Assembly: GCA_017461545.1 (NCBI GenBank)
Contig: JAFTXP010000021.1
Location: 3,624-67,623 of the forward strand
Source: Clostridia bacterium
GTDB lineage: Bacteria; Bacillota; Clostridia; UBA1212
Length of the DNA: 64,000 bases
Direction: 5' to 3'
Shown here: positions 48,071 through 58,864 of the stretch, piece by piece
Numbering within the stretch: position 1 is the stretch's first letter
Layout of the letters: every line of letters starts with the position of its first letter
Notes under the pieces: model-generated
What the model was told of the DNA's origin: nothing
Databases searched by the model: none
Seen by the model: the letters and a program-made list of their open reading frames with translations, nothing else
Made by a program: the position numbers and the translations under genes

Positions 48071-48099
48071 ACATTCATACATCGAAAGGATTGTTGTAA

Positions 48100-50460
48100 A
48101 TGAAAAAAGATAATATGATCATTGAAAAAAAAGAAGAAAATAATATATTTACTTTTCCTGTATTTACTCTCCGCAACAGTGTTATGTTTCCGGACTGCCA
48201 TGCGGAATTCGAGGTAGGAGATGAACTTTCAATTCAGGCGCTTAAGGCTGCCGATGCAGAGGGCGGATGTGTATTGCTTTCTTCAATTAAAGATAACGAA
48301 AAGAAAGAACCGAAATATAAAGATTTACATTCGTTCGGAACAGTCTGCCGTATAGAGAAACTGACGGAAACAGTAAACGGCCGGTATTACGTAGAACTTA
48401 CAGGTAAGATGCGTGCCAGAATTGTTTCATGCGTTCAGGAAAAACCGTCTATGCTTGTTAATGCAGAATTACAAACCGATGTTGTAATTGAAGGCGATGA
48501 GGGTATTCAATATTGTGAGGAGATAAAAAAACGTGTTCAGCATTTGCTTGGCGAACGTGCAAAGCTTCTTCATATAAACGAGAAGAGGACTATAGCAAAG
48601 TTCGGTAAAATCGAAAACTTTGATAAATATTCATATCATGTCGGTGACTACCTGTCTTCTCCGATAGAAGCCAGACAGAAGATTCTTGAAGCGGACAATG
48701 CGCTTTTGCGTCTCGAAGCTTTAGCTGTTATCTTAGGAAGAGAAATTGAGTTTCTGCGCATAAATTATTTGATAAATCAGCGTGTACAGGCCGATTTGTC
48801 CCAACAGCAAAAAGAGATGTATTTGCGTGAGCAGATAAAGGTTATAAAAAGAGAGCTCGGAGAGGGAGAAGATTCCGAGATTGATAAATACAGAAAAAAA
48901 TTGAAAGACCTCTCCGGAAAAATTTCCGAAGAAGCAAAGAATAAGATTCTTGACGAGATAAAAAAACTCGAGAGGATGCCTCCGCATATGCCTGAGGCTC
49001 AGATCTCAATATCATTTATCGAACTTTTGCTTGGACTGCCGTGGGGAAATAAAAGCGTAGACAGAGATGATATTGCGGAGGCAAGGGCAATTCTTGACCG
49101 TGACCATTACGGAATGGAAAAAGTTAAAGAGAGAGTCCTGGAGTTTTTAGCAGTGCACTCTATGAAGAAGGACGGTTCAGCTCCGATTATATGCCTTTAC
49201 GGACCTCCGGGCACAGGCAAAACGTCAATTGCAAAGTCTGTTGCGGAAGCTCTTGGCAGAAAGTATGTCCAGATTGCTATGGGAGGACTTCACGACGAGA
49301 GCGAAATAAGAGGTCACAGACGTACTTATGTGGGGGCAATGCCGGGAAGGATAGTTAAAGCACTTAAAGAAGCCGGAACATGCAATCCGTTGATGCTTTT
49401 TGATGAAATTGACAAAATTTCAAAGGATATGAGAGGTGACCCGTCTGCCGCGTTGCTCGAGGTTTTAGACGGAGAACAAAATTGCCGGTTCAGAGATAAC
49501 TACATAGATGTTGCCTTTGATCTTTCAAATGTTCTGTTTATAACAACTGCAAATGATTTGTCTGCGGTGAATCCTGCTTTGAAAGACAGAATGGAGATTA
49601 TAGAGCTGTCAAGTTACACTTCAGAGGAAAAATTCTTTATAGCAAAGAATCATCTGATTCCGAGACAGCTTTCGTATCACGGTGTAAACAAATCCATTGT
49701 ATCATTCTCTGACAGTGCGATAAGAAAGCTTATTGAAGGCTATACCGCAGAGGCCGGCGTACGTGATCTTGACAGGCAGATTGCAAAGGCTGTACGAAAA
49801 TCGGTTTGCAATATAAAACTAGAGAACAAGAAGTCGTACAAAATAAATGATAAGAGATTGTCGGAGCTTATGGGACCTGCTAAAAAACGTCACAAGTTTG
49901 ACACAAAGTCGGACGGAAATATAGGAGTTGTAAACGGAATGGCGTGGACTCCCGTGGGCGGCGTGCTTCTGTCTGTTGAAGTAAATGTTTTAGATGGTAG
50001 CGGAAATATCGAACTTACCGGCAGGCTCGGCGATGTTATGAAGGAATCGGCAAAGGCTGCAATAAGCTATGTACGGTCAAGGCACAAAGAACTCGGTATT
50101 GATGCGAACTTCTATAAAACAAAGGATATCCATATCCATGTGCCGGAGGGTGCGATGCCCAAAGACGGTCCTTCCGCAGGTGTTACAATGGCTACCTCTA
50201 TAATATCTGCATTGTCAGGCAAAAAAGTCAGGGCGGATGTTGCAATGACCGGAGAAATTACTTTGAGAGGTAAAGTTCTTGCAATCGGCGGACTCCGCGA
50301 AAAGACTTTGGCGGCATACAAAGAGGGTGTAAGAACAGTTGTCATTCCTTCTGAAAACCGTTCCGATTATGATGATCTTGCAGAATCCGTAAAAGAACAC
50401 ATGGAAATTGTATATGCGGATAATATGGAAGATGTTTTAAACAGTGCACTGGTAAAATAA
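48100..50460 (+). CDS. lon: Lon protease
   Basis: Motifs LDRDHYGM.KVKER, GPPGTGKTS, GHRRTYVGAMPG, DEIDK, PKDGPSAG (catalytic Ser) and GGLREK (catalytic Lys). Confidence 0.97.
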   Translation: MKKDNMIIEKKEENNIFTFPVFTLRNSVMFPDCHAEFEVGDELSIQALKAADAEGGCVLLSSIKDNEKKEPKYKDLHSFGTVCRIEKLTETVNGRYYVELTGKMRARIVSCVQEKPSMLVNAELQTDVVIEGDEGIQYCEEIKKRVQHLLGERAKLLHINEKRTIAKFGKIENFDKYSYHVGDYLSSPIEARQKILEADNALLRLEALAVILGREIEFLRINYLINQRVQADLSQQQKEMYLREQIKVIKRELGEGEDSEIDKYRKKLKDLSGKISEEAKNKILDEIKKLERMPPHMPEAQISISFIELLLGLPWGNKSVDRDDIAEARAILDRDHYGMEKVKERVLEFLAVHSMKKDGSAPIICLYGPPGTGKTSIAKSVAEALGRKYVQIAMGGLHDESEIRGHRRTYVGAMPGRIVKALKEAGTCNPLMLFDEIDKISKDMRGDPSAALLEVLDGEQNCRFRDNYIDVAFDLSNVLFITTANDLSAVNPALKDRMEIIELSSYTSEEKFFIAKNHLIPRQLSYHGVNKSIVSFSDSAIRKLIEGYTAEAGVRDLDRQIAKAVRKSVCNIKLENKKSYKINDKRLSELMGPAKKRHKFDTKSDGNIGVVNGMAWTPVGGVLLSVEVNVLDGSGNIELTGRLGDVMKESAKAAISYVRSRHKELGIDANFYKTKDIHIHVPEGAMPKDGPSAGVTMATSIISALSGKKVRADVAMTGEITLRGKVLAIGGLREKTLAAYKEGVRTVVIPSENRSDYDDLAESVKEHMEIVYADNMEDVLNSALVK

Positions 50461-50494
50461 TAAAAATTTTAGGTAAGTATTGTTAAATATGTTA

Positions 50495-50524
50495 TTGACA
50501 GTTTTTTAAGGCGTGTTGTATAAT
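50495..50524 (+). promoter_or_regulatory. Sigma-A promoter upstream of rpsU
   Basis: TTGACA-18 bp-TATAAT. Confidence 0.75.
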
Positions 50525-50681
50525 CCTATCATTGCGTTAGATGTCAGATTAGCGGATTTGATTGATAAGCAACCCAGTAGTAAGCGACAGCCTATTTCTT
50601 GTGAAAGAGATTCAGCCGTACTGCTGAGGCAGTACAGATTTGAAATGGCGTGGTTGTTGCCATTGGAGGGAGGGAATTTAA

Positions 50682-50855
50682 ATGTCAGAGATCAGATTGA
50701 AAGAAAACGAGTCACTTGACAGTGCTCTTAAGAGATTCAAGAGATCATGCGCCAGATCAGGTGTTCTTGCTGAGGTTAGAAAAAGAGAACACTATGAGAA
50801 GCCCAGCGTAAAAAGAAAAAAGAAGTCTGAGGCAGCCAGAAAGCGTAAGTATTGA
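50682..50855 (+). CDS. rpsU: 30S ribosomal protein S21 (below the ORF-track length cutoff)
   Basis: Manual translation gives [57 protein letters not shown]; GGAGG RBS. Confidence 0.97.
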   Translation: MSEIRLKENESLDSALKRFKRSCARSGVLAEVRKREHYEKPSVKRKKKSEAARKRKY

Positions 50856-50950
50856 CATGTCTTGGACCGGTCATATATATGATACTTATACTCGCATGAG
50901 ATGCCTTTTTGTGAGGGACATCGGAGTGCGCAGTTAAAATGGACAGAGCA

Positions 50951-50980
50951 CAAAAGACCTGAAGTTCTTCAGGTCTTTTG
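50951..50980 (+). terminator. Terminator after rpsU
   Basis: caaaagacctgaa / ttcaggtcttttg followed by T residues. Confidence 0.8.
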
Positions 50981-51056
50981 TTTTACATCAGAATATAAAT
51001 AAAAAATATTAGATTACAAAGATGCAGCAAATCAGTTTGGAGGGAGGGGCGTTTAT

Positions 51057-53129
51057 ATGTTTGAGAAAAGATGGATATCTAAGAAAAATAATAACATATC
51101 GTACACGCATATAGACGGTGTTCCTGATTTCATAACTGAACTTCTCGCAAAACGCGGCATAGCAGGAGAAAAAGAAGTTTTAAATTATTTGTATCCTACC
51201 GTCGATAAGCTTACGGATCCGTTTTTACTTCCTGATATGGACAAGGCTGTAGAGAGAATTCTTGCAGCTTGTGACAACGGCGAACATATCACTATTTACG
51301 GCGATTATGATGCCGACGGTATAACTTCTACTGCAGTACTGTATCATTTTTTGTTGAATTATCTCGATGCGGATGTTGACTATTATATTCCGAACCGTTT
51401 GCTTGAAGGATACGGTCTTTCGGAAAGTTCTGTTGATATTATCGCAGAAAGAGGAACATCCCTTATTGTTACTGTTGACTGCGGTATTGCGGCTGCTGAT
51501 GAAATAAAGTATGCTATGCAAAAAGATATTGATGTTGTCGTTACAGACCATCATAAATGCGGTGAAACTCTTCCGAATTGCTGTGCGGCGGTAAATCCTA
51601 TGCGACCGGACAGTAGTTTTCCTTATCGGACGCTTGCCGGGTGCGGTGTTGCTTTTAAACTTATAGAGGCTATTGCCGTAGCTATAGGACTGGGAGAGGA
51701 AATTTTGGAGTATTTGCCCATAATTGCGGTAGGTACTGTGGGCGACGCGATGCCGCTTACGGGCGAGAACAGAATAATTGTCAGCAACGGACTTAAGGCC
51801 ATGCGAGAGACATCGTGGCTGGGTCTTTCAACTCTTTTGGACAGTATCTCCAAAGGAAGAAGTTCGGATATAGAATTATCCGCTTCGGCGATTATGTTCA
51901 GTGTAGTTCCGAGACTGAATGCCGCAGGCAGAATGGGTGATGCGGAGTGCGCGCTCAGGATGCTTCTTTGTGAAGATTATGACGAGGCTGTTTCTCTTGC
52001 CGAAGAACTGGGAAAAAAGAACACTGAGAGGCAAAAAGTCGAGCAGTCCATTGCAGAAGAGGCTGTAAAGCCTGAAAATCTGAAAACTTGCAGCACAGAC
52101 AGTTTTGTGCTTGCTTTAGGTTACGAGTGGCATCACGGTGTTATCGGAATAGTTGCGGCAAGACTTTCCGAAAAGTTTTCTAAACCTGCGATAGTTCTTT
52201 CATGTTGTGCTGATGAATGCCGTGACGGAATTATGCGCGCAAGAGGCTCGGCACGATCTGTTCCCGGATTTAACCTGCATGCGGCGCTGTCAGAAAATTC
52301 GGATTTGCTTTTGCGGTTCGGCGGTCACGAAATGGCGGCAGGGCTTACGATTGAGGTTGACAAAATAGATCGATTTATAGAAGGGATAAATAATTACGCA
52401 GAAAAAAACAAAATAGAACAAAATGTGATACAATCTTACGAAATAGACGCATTCCTCACTCCCGAGATGATTACGTTGGAAAATGCAGAAGCGGTTGCAA
52501 TGATGGAGCCTTTCGGACAGGGAAATCCTTGTCCTGTGTTCTGTACATCGGGTTTTACGGATGTATATGCATCTAAAGTAGGTGACAGCGGAAAGCATCT
52601 TAAACTGCGTTTTATTTATGATGACAACGGAAAACGTTTAGGCGCCGACGGTATATCTTTTAATGACGGTAATTATTATCCGATTGCGGCGGGCATAGAA
52701 AACTGCAGCTGCATTTACAGTATTGAGATAAATGAATGGCAGGGTAAACGCTTGCCTTCTCTAAAGATTACAGACATGATAGACTCGTACTATCCGGTGT
52801 CTGATGATTTTGAAAATTCACTTACCTTTGGCGGAGAATATTATACAGGTACTTGCTTTACGGTAGACCATAAAGATCTTACCGCATATTTTAAAGTGTT
52901 AAAGAGTTTCGGAGAGCGTTTCGGCTTTTCGGATCTGTTTCGTGCAAGAAAAATACTAAAAGACAACGGATATGATTTTTCCTGGTTTAAACTGAGACGC
53001 GGACTTGATGTTTTTGTCGAACTGGATTTTATAAAAAAATCTGCAGACGGAATTTACGAATTTAACAAAGAACCTAAAAACCGAAGTCTGGAGGACTCGG
53101 CTGTGTACAGAGAACTGAAACGGAGCTAG
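51057..53129 (+). CDS. recJ: ssDNA exonuclease RecJ
   Basis: Motifs YGDYDADG, PNR..EGYGL, TVDCG, TDHH, LAGCGVAFK, PRLNAAGR, HHGVIGIVA, GSARS and GGHEMAAG. Confidence 0.96.
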   Translation: MFEKRWISKKNNNISYTHIDGVPDFITELLAKRGIAGEKEVLNYLYPTVDKLTDPFLLPDMDKAVERILAACDNGEHITIYGDYDADGITSTAVLYHFLLNYLDADVDYYIPNRLLEGYGLSESSVDIIAERGTSLIVTVDCGIAAADEIKYAMQKDIDVVVTDHHKCGETLPNCCAAVNPMRPDSSFPYRTLAGCGVAFKLIEAIAVAIGLGEEILEYLPIIAVGTVGDAMPLTGENRIIVSNGLKAMRETSWLGLSTLLDSISKGRSSDIELSASAIMFSVVPRLNAAGRMGDAECALRMLLCEDYDEAVSLAEELGKKNTERQKVEQSIAEEAVKPENLKTCSTDSFVLALGYEWHHGVIGIVAARLSEKFSKPAIVLSCCADECRDGIMRARGSARSVPGFNLHAALSENSDLLLRFGGHEMAAGLTIEVDKIDRFIEGINNYAEKNKIEQNVIQSYEIDAFLTPEMITLENAEAVAMMEPFGQGNPCPVFCTSGFTDVYASKVGDSGKHLKLRFIYDDNGKRLGADGISFNDGNYYPIAAGIENCSCIYSIEINEWQGKRLPSLKITDMIDSYYPVSDDFENSLTFGGEYYTGTCFTVDHKDLTAYFKVLKSFGERFGFSDLFRARKILKDNGYDFSWFKLRRGLDVFVELDFIKKSADGIYEFNKEPKNRSLEDSAVYRELKRS

Positions 53130-53136
53130 ATTTATT

Positions 53137-55347
53137 ATGCATGATGAAAGCCTTTTGAAGTTAGAAAACATAATACTCGGTTATATGCCTCAGGCAGACC
53201 TTGATGTCATAAGACGCGCCTATGCGGTTGCGGAGAAAATGCATGAAGGACAGCTCAGAAAGTCGGGTGAACCTTTTGTGATCCATCCGATAGAGGTTGC
53301 GACAATGCTTGCTGAGATGAATATGGACTTGCCGTCTATTGCGGCAGGTATGCTTCATGATGTTGTGGAAGATACTTCCATGACTTATGACGATGTTGCC
53401 GCAGAGTTTGGTGTAGAGATTGCAAATCTTGTAGACGGCGTCACAAAACTTAAAAAAATTCCTACTTCTTCAAAGGAAGAGCAGCAGGCTGAAAACCTAA
53501 GAAAGATGTTTCTGTCAATGGCAAGCGATATCAGAGTCATACTTATAAAGCTCGTTGACCGACTCCATAATATGCGTACTCTCCAATACGTTACTCCTGA
53601 GACACAGATGAAAAAGGCAAAAGAAACTCTGGAAATTTATACGCCTCTTGCGCACCGGCTCGGAATAACTAAAATCAAGTGGGAACTTGAAGATCTCTGC
53701 TTTAAATATCTTGACCCGGAGGGGTATGATGATCTTGTAAAAAAGATAAATCAAAAGCGAGAAGAGCAGGAGGAATATATTAAAAGAGTTCTTGATACTA
53801 CACGCGCCAGAACTGTTGAAATGGGTATACGCGCTTTCTTTGACGGCAGACCGAAGCACCTGTCGAGCGTCAGGAGAAAGATGATAAATCAGAATAAGAC
53901 TATTGACCAGATATATGACCTGCTTGCTGTAAGAATAATCGTTGATACGGTTCCGGATTGCTATATCGTACTAGGCATCTTACACGATTTATATAAACCG
54001 ATGCCGGGCAGATTCAAAGACTACATTTCCATGCCAAAGCCGAATCAGTATCAGTCACTCCATACGACACTCATAGGTCCCGACGGATTTGTGTTTGAAG
54101 CGCAGATTCGCACATGGGAGATGCATAAGACAGCGGAGATCGGTATTGCCGCGCACTGGAAATATAAGCAGGACTATGACCCGTCCACAAAGACGACAGC
54201 TGAATTTGACAAAAAGCTTGAATGGGTCAGAAATCTCTTCGACTTACAGAAGGATATGAATGACTCTGCGGAATTTGTTGAAACATTTAAGATGGATCTT
54301 TTTACCGACGAGGTATTTGTGTTCACGCCTAAGGGTGATGTAAAGAGCTTGCCGGCAGGTTCTACTCCGATTGACTTTGCATACGAAATACACAGTGCTG
54401 TAGGTCATCGCATGGTAGGCGCAAAGGTAAATAACGAGATAAAACCACTTAACTACCGTCTTAAAAACGGCGATATAGTGGAGATTATCACATCATCGGC
54501 TCCGAACAAAGGTCCGAGCCGCGACTGGCTTTCGATAGTGAAAAGTTCACAGGCGCGAAGCAAAATCAGACAGTGGTTTAAGAAAGAACGCAGAGACGAG
54601 AATATCGATCGCGGCCGCGATCTGGTGGAACAGGAACTCAAAAAAGTCGGTTACTCATATATGCAACTTTTTAAGGGCGAGTGGCTGGAGTCTTATTTAA
54701 AAAAATGCAACCTCAACACCGCTGATGATTTGCTCAATGTTATTGGCTTCGGCGAGATAAGCGCAAAGAAAACTGTAACGAAGCTCAAAGATGATTACGA
54801 GAGAATAAATAACGTAAGCCCTGACAAAGAACTTGAGGAATTAATTCAGCAATCCGAAGAGACGAGAGATATTCCAAGAGCCAAAGAAAGAGCATCTGAC
54901 AGCGGTATCATTGTAAAAGGGATAGACAATTGCCTTGTAAGACTCGCGTGTTGCTGTAATCCTGTACCGGGTGATTCCATTATAGGATATATAACACGCG
55001 GCAGAGGTGTATCTGTACACAGAACCGATTGCCCGAATATCGTTTCGATGACAGAGGGCGAGGATAACAGAATGATTAGTGTTCGCTGGGAAAATAAGAG
55101 TACGGTGACTCATCTTGCGGAGGTTATAGTTAAAGCTGTCGATAACAGACGCTTGCTTCTTCAGGTTGCAAATCTCATAAATGATATGAGAATATCGATG
55201 AAGTCGATTAATGCCAGAACGACAAGAGATGCATATCAGATTATCGACCTGGTTATTGAAATATCGGACAAAGAACAGCTTGAAGTGATAATTAATAAGC
55301 TCAGACAGCTTGACAATGTTGTAGAAGTAAGCAGAGCAGTGAGGTAA
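53137..55347 (+). CDS. relA: Bifunctional (p)ppGpp synthetase/hydrolase (long RSH)
   Basis: Motifs RKSGEPF..HP, HDVVED, LVDRLHNMRT, KPNQYQSLHTT, EIGIAAHWKYK, TGS, CCNPVPGD and ACT. Confidence 0.96.
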   Translation: MHDESLLKLENIILGYMPQADLDVIRRAYAVAEKMHEGQLRKSGEPFVIHPIEVATMLAEMNMDLPSIAAGMLHDVVEDTSMTYDDVAAEFGVEIANLVDGVTKLKKIPTSSKEEQQAENLRKMFLSMASDIRVILIKLVDRLHNMRTLQYVTPETQMKKAKETLEIYTPLAHRLGITKIKWELEDLCFKYLDPEGYDDLVKKINQKREEQEEYIKRVLDTTRARTVEMGIRAFFDGRPKHLSSVRRKMINQNKTIDQIYDLLAVRIIVDTVPDCYIVLGILHDLYKPMPGRFKDYISMPKPNQYQSLHTTLIGPDGFVFEAQIRTWEMHKTAEIGIAAHWKYKQDYDPSTKTTAEFDKKLEWVRNLFDLQKDMNDSAEFVETFKMDLFTDEVFVFTPKGDVKSLPAGSTPIDFAYEIHSAVGHRMVGAKVNNEIKPLNYRLKNGDIVEIITSSAPNKGPSRDWLSIVKSSQARSKIRQWFKKERRDENIDRGRDLVEQELKKVGYSYMQLFKGEWLESYLKKCNLNTADDLLNVIGFGEISAKKTVTKLKDDYERINNVSPDKELEELIQQSEETRDIPRAKERASDSGIIVKGIDNCLVRLACCCNPVPGDSIIGYITRGRGVSVHRTDCPNIVSMTEGEDNRMISVRWENKSTVTHLAEVIVKAVDNRRLLLQVANLINDMRISMKSINARTTRDAYQIIDLVIEISDKEQLEVIINKLRQLDNVVEVSRAVR

Positions 55348-55352
55348 AAAAT

Positions 55353-55823
55353 ATGCGTGCAGTAGTGCAGCGTGTGACAAATTCACATGTAAAAGTTAAT
55401 AATGAAATAGTCGGAAGCATCGGGAAGGGCTTTAATGTCCTTCTCGGAGTTTCCTCAGAAGACACAAAAAAGGATGCCGATTATCTTGCGGAAAAGGTAG
55501 TCGGTCTTCGTATTTTTGACGATGCCGAAGGAAAAACAAATCTTTCTATAGTTGATAAAATAGAAGAAGGCAATGATATGGGTATGCTTATCATCAGCCA
55601 GTTTACCCTGTACGGTGATTGCAGAAAAGGCAAAAGACCGTCGTTTATAAATGCTGCACAGCCTGCAGAGGCTGAGGAGCTTTACAGCTATTTTGTGTCA
55701 AGGGTAAAGGCCATGTGTCCTGCACTTAAAATTGAAACAGGAATATTCCGTACCGATATGGAGGTTTCCATAGTTAATGACGGACCCATGACGATATTGC
55801 TCGAAAGCAAGAAAACTTTTTAA
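55353..55823 (+). CDS. dtd: D-aminoacyl-tRNA deacylase
   Basis: Motifs MRAVVQRV, SQFTLYGD and VNDGPMT; follows relA. Confidence 0.96.
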   Translation: MRAVVQRVTNSHVKVNNEIVGSIGKGFNVLLGVSSEDTKKDADYLAEKVVGLRIFDDAEGKTNLSIVDKIEEGNDMGMLIISQFTLYGDCRKGKRPSFINAAQPAEAEELYSYFVSRVKAMCPALKIETGIFRTDMEVSIVNDGPMTILLESKKTF

Positions 55824-55842
55824 AACGAGAGGTCGGTTTTAA

Positions 55843-56496
55843 ATGTATCTAACATTCAATGACGGGCTTTTAGGCTCAAATGCATATATTTTTTGGAATG
55901 ATAATGATAACGCTGATACAGAAAACGGCGGACTTCACGAAGCGTGTATAATTGACGCCGGCTGTGACGCTTCTGAGTTGATTCCTGCGTGTGAGAAAAA
56001 CTGTCTTAAAATAAAATATATAATCTTAACACATTGTCACATCGACCATATTTGTTATGCGGACGAATTGAAAGAGGCTTTTGGCGATGCTGTTACCGTG
56101 AGCCATATTGCCGACGCTGAGGCTTTCGGAGATGTTCGGAAAAACGTTTCCGTATTGCTTGGTATGCCTAAAAAAGTTAATGCCCCCATGATGACTGTGT
56201 CAGACGGCGATGTTTTGAAGGTTGGCGGTAAAAAACTCCGATTCATAAACACACCCGGTCATACATCGGGCGGCGTATGCATACTCGTCGAAGATGATAA
56301 TATTATGTTTACCGGAGACACGCTTTTTTGCAACGGTTTCGGCAGAACTGATCTGGGAGGAAGTCCGACTGAACTCAAAGCGTCAATTATAAAGCTGTAC
56401 GAAATGGCTCCTGATATAAAAATTCTTCCCGGGCACGGCGAATCTTCTACGATAGGCGAAGAGGCCGCCTGGGGCGTGCCGTCATACTTAGGTTAA
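55843..56496 (+). CDS. MBL-fold metallo-hydrolase
   Basis: THCHIDH, TPGHT.GG, FTGDTLF and PGHG; conserved relA-dtd-MBL-hemZ order. Confidence 0.9.
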   Translation: MYLTFNDGLLGSNAYIFWNDNDNADTENGGLHEACIIDAGCDASELIPACEKNCLKIKYIILTHCHIDHICYADELKEAFGDAVTVSHIADAEAFGDVRKNVSVLLGMPKKVNAPMMTVSDGDVLKVGGKKLRFINTPGHTSGGVCILVEDDNIMFTGDTLFCNGFGRTDLGGSPTELKASIIKLYEMAPDIKILPGHGESSTIGEEAAWGVPSYLG

Positions 56497-56504
56497 TAAA
56501 GAAT

Positions 56505-57944
56505 ATGATTAAATTTTATTTTCCCGAAAAACAAATACCGTTTCATTTTTTTGAAGCACTGCAAATATTCGGCACCGCTTGCGGAATGCCGACTTTTTGT
56601 GCTGAGGCGGAATCCTACCGTCTGGAATTGCTGAATGATCGCGGAGAGGTTCTGAAAAACCATGAAATCACATCGGAAATGGCAACTGCTGATGCCGGTA
56701 TACACGCAGAGGGCGTGAGCGAAACAAACCTGCTCAAAAGATACCTCTACAAGATAATGAGCGAATACACCGGTTATTCGTCACCGTGGGGCTGCATGAC
56801 AGGCGTGAGGCCCACAAAGATAGTAAATGTGCTCAAAAAGCGGGGATTGGACAATAGGGCAGTATTCAGTCATTTTAAAGAATTCTATCTGATGAATGAC
56901 GAGAAAGCAAAACTTGCGATTGAAACATCTGACATACAGACTCCGTTTTTGGAGGAGCAGATTGCACATCACGAGAATATAGGCTTTTACATAGGAATTC
57001 CTTTTTGCCCCACAAGATGTCTTTACTGTTCATTTACATCAAACTCGATAGCAAAATACAGAAAATCACTCGATTTGTACCTGGATTTACTCGAAAGAGA
57101 AATAAAAGAAAGTCTGCTGATTGCAAAACAGGCCGGATACAAAATAGAATCGGTGTATCTCGGCGGCGGAACTCCCACATCGCTTGACGAAGCCCGCTTT
57201 GAAAGATATATGAAAATAGTTACCGATAACATAGACATTTCTTCGGTAAAGGAATTTGCCCTCGAAGCAGGACGTCCTGATTCGATAACAAAAGGAAAAC
57301 TTCTTGTTGCGAAAAACGCAGGGGTAAACCGCATAAGCGTAAATCCGCAAACGATGAATGATTTTACTTTAAAGCGCATAGGCAGACTTCATACAGCACA
57401 ACAAACTGAGGAGGCCTTTTATTTGACTCGTGAAGCCGGTTTTAAAAATATAAACATGGATATCATTGCAGGGCTTCCGGGCGAAAATACGGGCGATTTT
57501 ATGCGCACATTGACAAAAATTGAAGAGTTCTCGCCTGACAGCCTCACTGTACATACTCTGAGCATCAAAAGAGCGGCGGATTTGAGGCTTGATGAAGAGA
57601 ATCGCAACCTTTTGCACGGCGACGAAGTCGGAGTTATGGTTTCGGCTGCAAGGAATACTGCTATTAAACTCGGAATGCATCCGTTTTATATGTACCGACA
57701 GAAAAATATGATGGGTAATCATGAAAATGTCTGTTACTGCAGACCGGGCTGTGAAAGCCCGTACAATATTCATATCATGGAAGAAGAACAAACGATTATT
57801 GCAACGGGTGCCGCCGGCGTCTCGAAGCGTGTCAGCGCCGGCGGCGAATCGATAGAGCGCGCCTTCAATGTCAAAGGCATCGAAGACTACATGGCGCGCC
57901 TGGATTCAATGATAGAGCGCAAGCGCGATTTGTTTTTGAAATAG
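56505..57944 (+). CDS. hemZ: HemZ-like radical SAM protein (coproporphyrinogen dehydrogenase family)
   Basis: Motifs WG.MTGVRP.K, IPFCPTRCLYCSF, GGGTPT, EAGRPD and PFYMYRQK. Confidence 0.88.
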   Translation: MIKFYFPEKQIPFHFFEALQIFGTACGMPTFCAEAESYRLELLNDRGEVLKNHEITSEMATADAGIHAEGVSETNLLKRYLYKIMSEYTGYSSPWGCMTGVRPTKIVNVLKKRGLDNRAVFSHFKEFYLMNDEKAKLAIETSDIQTPFLEEQIAHHENIGFYIGIPFCPTRCLYCSFTSNSIAKYRKSLDLYLDLLEREIKESLLIAKQAGYKIESVYLGGGTPTSLDEARFERYMKIVTDNIDISSVKEFALEAGRPDSITKGKLLVAKNAGVNRISVNPQTMNDFTLKRIGRLHTAQQTEEAFYLTREAGFKNINMDIIAGLPGENTGDFMRTLTKIEEFSPDSLTVHTLSIKRAADLRLDEENRNLLHGDEVGVMVSAARNTAIKLGMHPFYMYRQKNMMGNHENVCYCRPGCESPYNIHIMEEEQTIIATGAAGVSKRVSAGGESIERAFNVKGIEDYMARLDSMIERKRDLFLK

Positions 57945-58036
57945 AAAAATTTAAAAGTTGGTATTTTGCGGCTGAAAATATATCGAAAAAGCAGAATTTA
58001 CGCGCCCCCTGCTTAACCGGCAGGTGGCGCACCGTA

Positions 58037-58864
58037 TTATACGACCACCGCTTTTACCATTGCAGTGCTTGCGTAATCTATGTAAAAGAGCAGATATCCT
58101 CTGTAGCCGCTGTTGTTGATGAATCTGCGGCATACCATAGGGCGTGCGGGGCTTTGAGGACTGTTTGCGGGGGGCAGATTCTGAACGGGTATTCCGACTA
58201 TTACAAAGCATCTGTTTTCAACACTTGTGTATTTGCCCAGTATTGCATGCTTGAAAAATTGCATATTTGTATAGAGTGTTTTTGATACATAACCGGGAAG
58301 GTGAATATCCATCTTGTGAAGTGTGTCGCATATCCTTGTGTAGCTTTCGCATATCCACCATTTGTATGCGTGATTTGTAGTGTTGAACGGGTCAAATGCT
58401 TTCAGATCTTTGAATACTGTCTCCGGTGTTTCAAGTTGTTTTGCTTCTTCGATTCTGTCCTTTTCTTTATTCTCTTTCACTTCGTCACAGGGGACAGACG
58501 AGTGTACATCAAACAGAGGCTCATCGTTTTCTGCGGACTTGAATTTGATAAGAACTGTGTCAAAATCTTTGAGTTGAAGCCCGTCATCTAATTTTATTTT
58601 GAAATTGAGCACCGCGCTCCATGTTCCGTTTTTGCCTTTTTTGTTCAGCATAAATTCTGCAATTTTCAAGAGTTTTGTTCCGCCTTGCAGATATGCTTCA
58701 AAGACTTTGTTTTGCTTTAAAATGTTTTCTATTAACAGATTGACTTTCAATATTCCGGTGTTTTCCCAAAATGAAATATATCCGGGAGCGCCTTTGCACA
58801 ACTTTCCTCCGGAATGTTCTGTTTCATTTAGAAAATAATACTTGTTTTGAAATCCGCCTGCCAT
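58037..58864 (-). CDS. Hypothetical protein
   Basis: 275-aa ORF with plausible composition; no family confidently recognised. Confidence 0.6.
   Translation of the reverse strand: MAGGFQNKYYFLNETEHSGGKLCKGAPGYISFWENTGILKVNLLIENILKQNKVFEAYLQGGTKLLKIAEFMLNKKGKNGTWSAVLNFKIKLDDGLQLKDFDTVLIKFKSAENDEPLFDVHSSVPCDEVKENKEKDRIEEAKQLETPETVFKDLKAFDPFNTTNHAYKWWICESYTRICDTLHKMDIHLPGYVSKTLYTNMQFFKHAILGKYTSVENRCFVIVGIPVQNLPPANSPQSPARPMVCRRFINNSGYRGYLLFYIDYASTAMVKAVVV

Noticed and set aside
50513-50719. 68-aa ORF upstream of rpsU
   Set aside because: It starts inside the promoter, has no RBS and overlaps rpsU out of frame.
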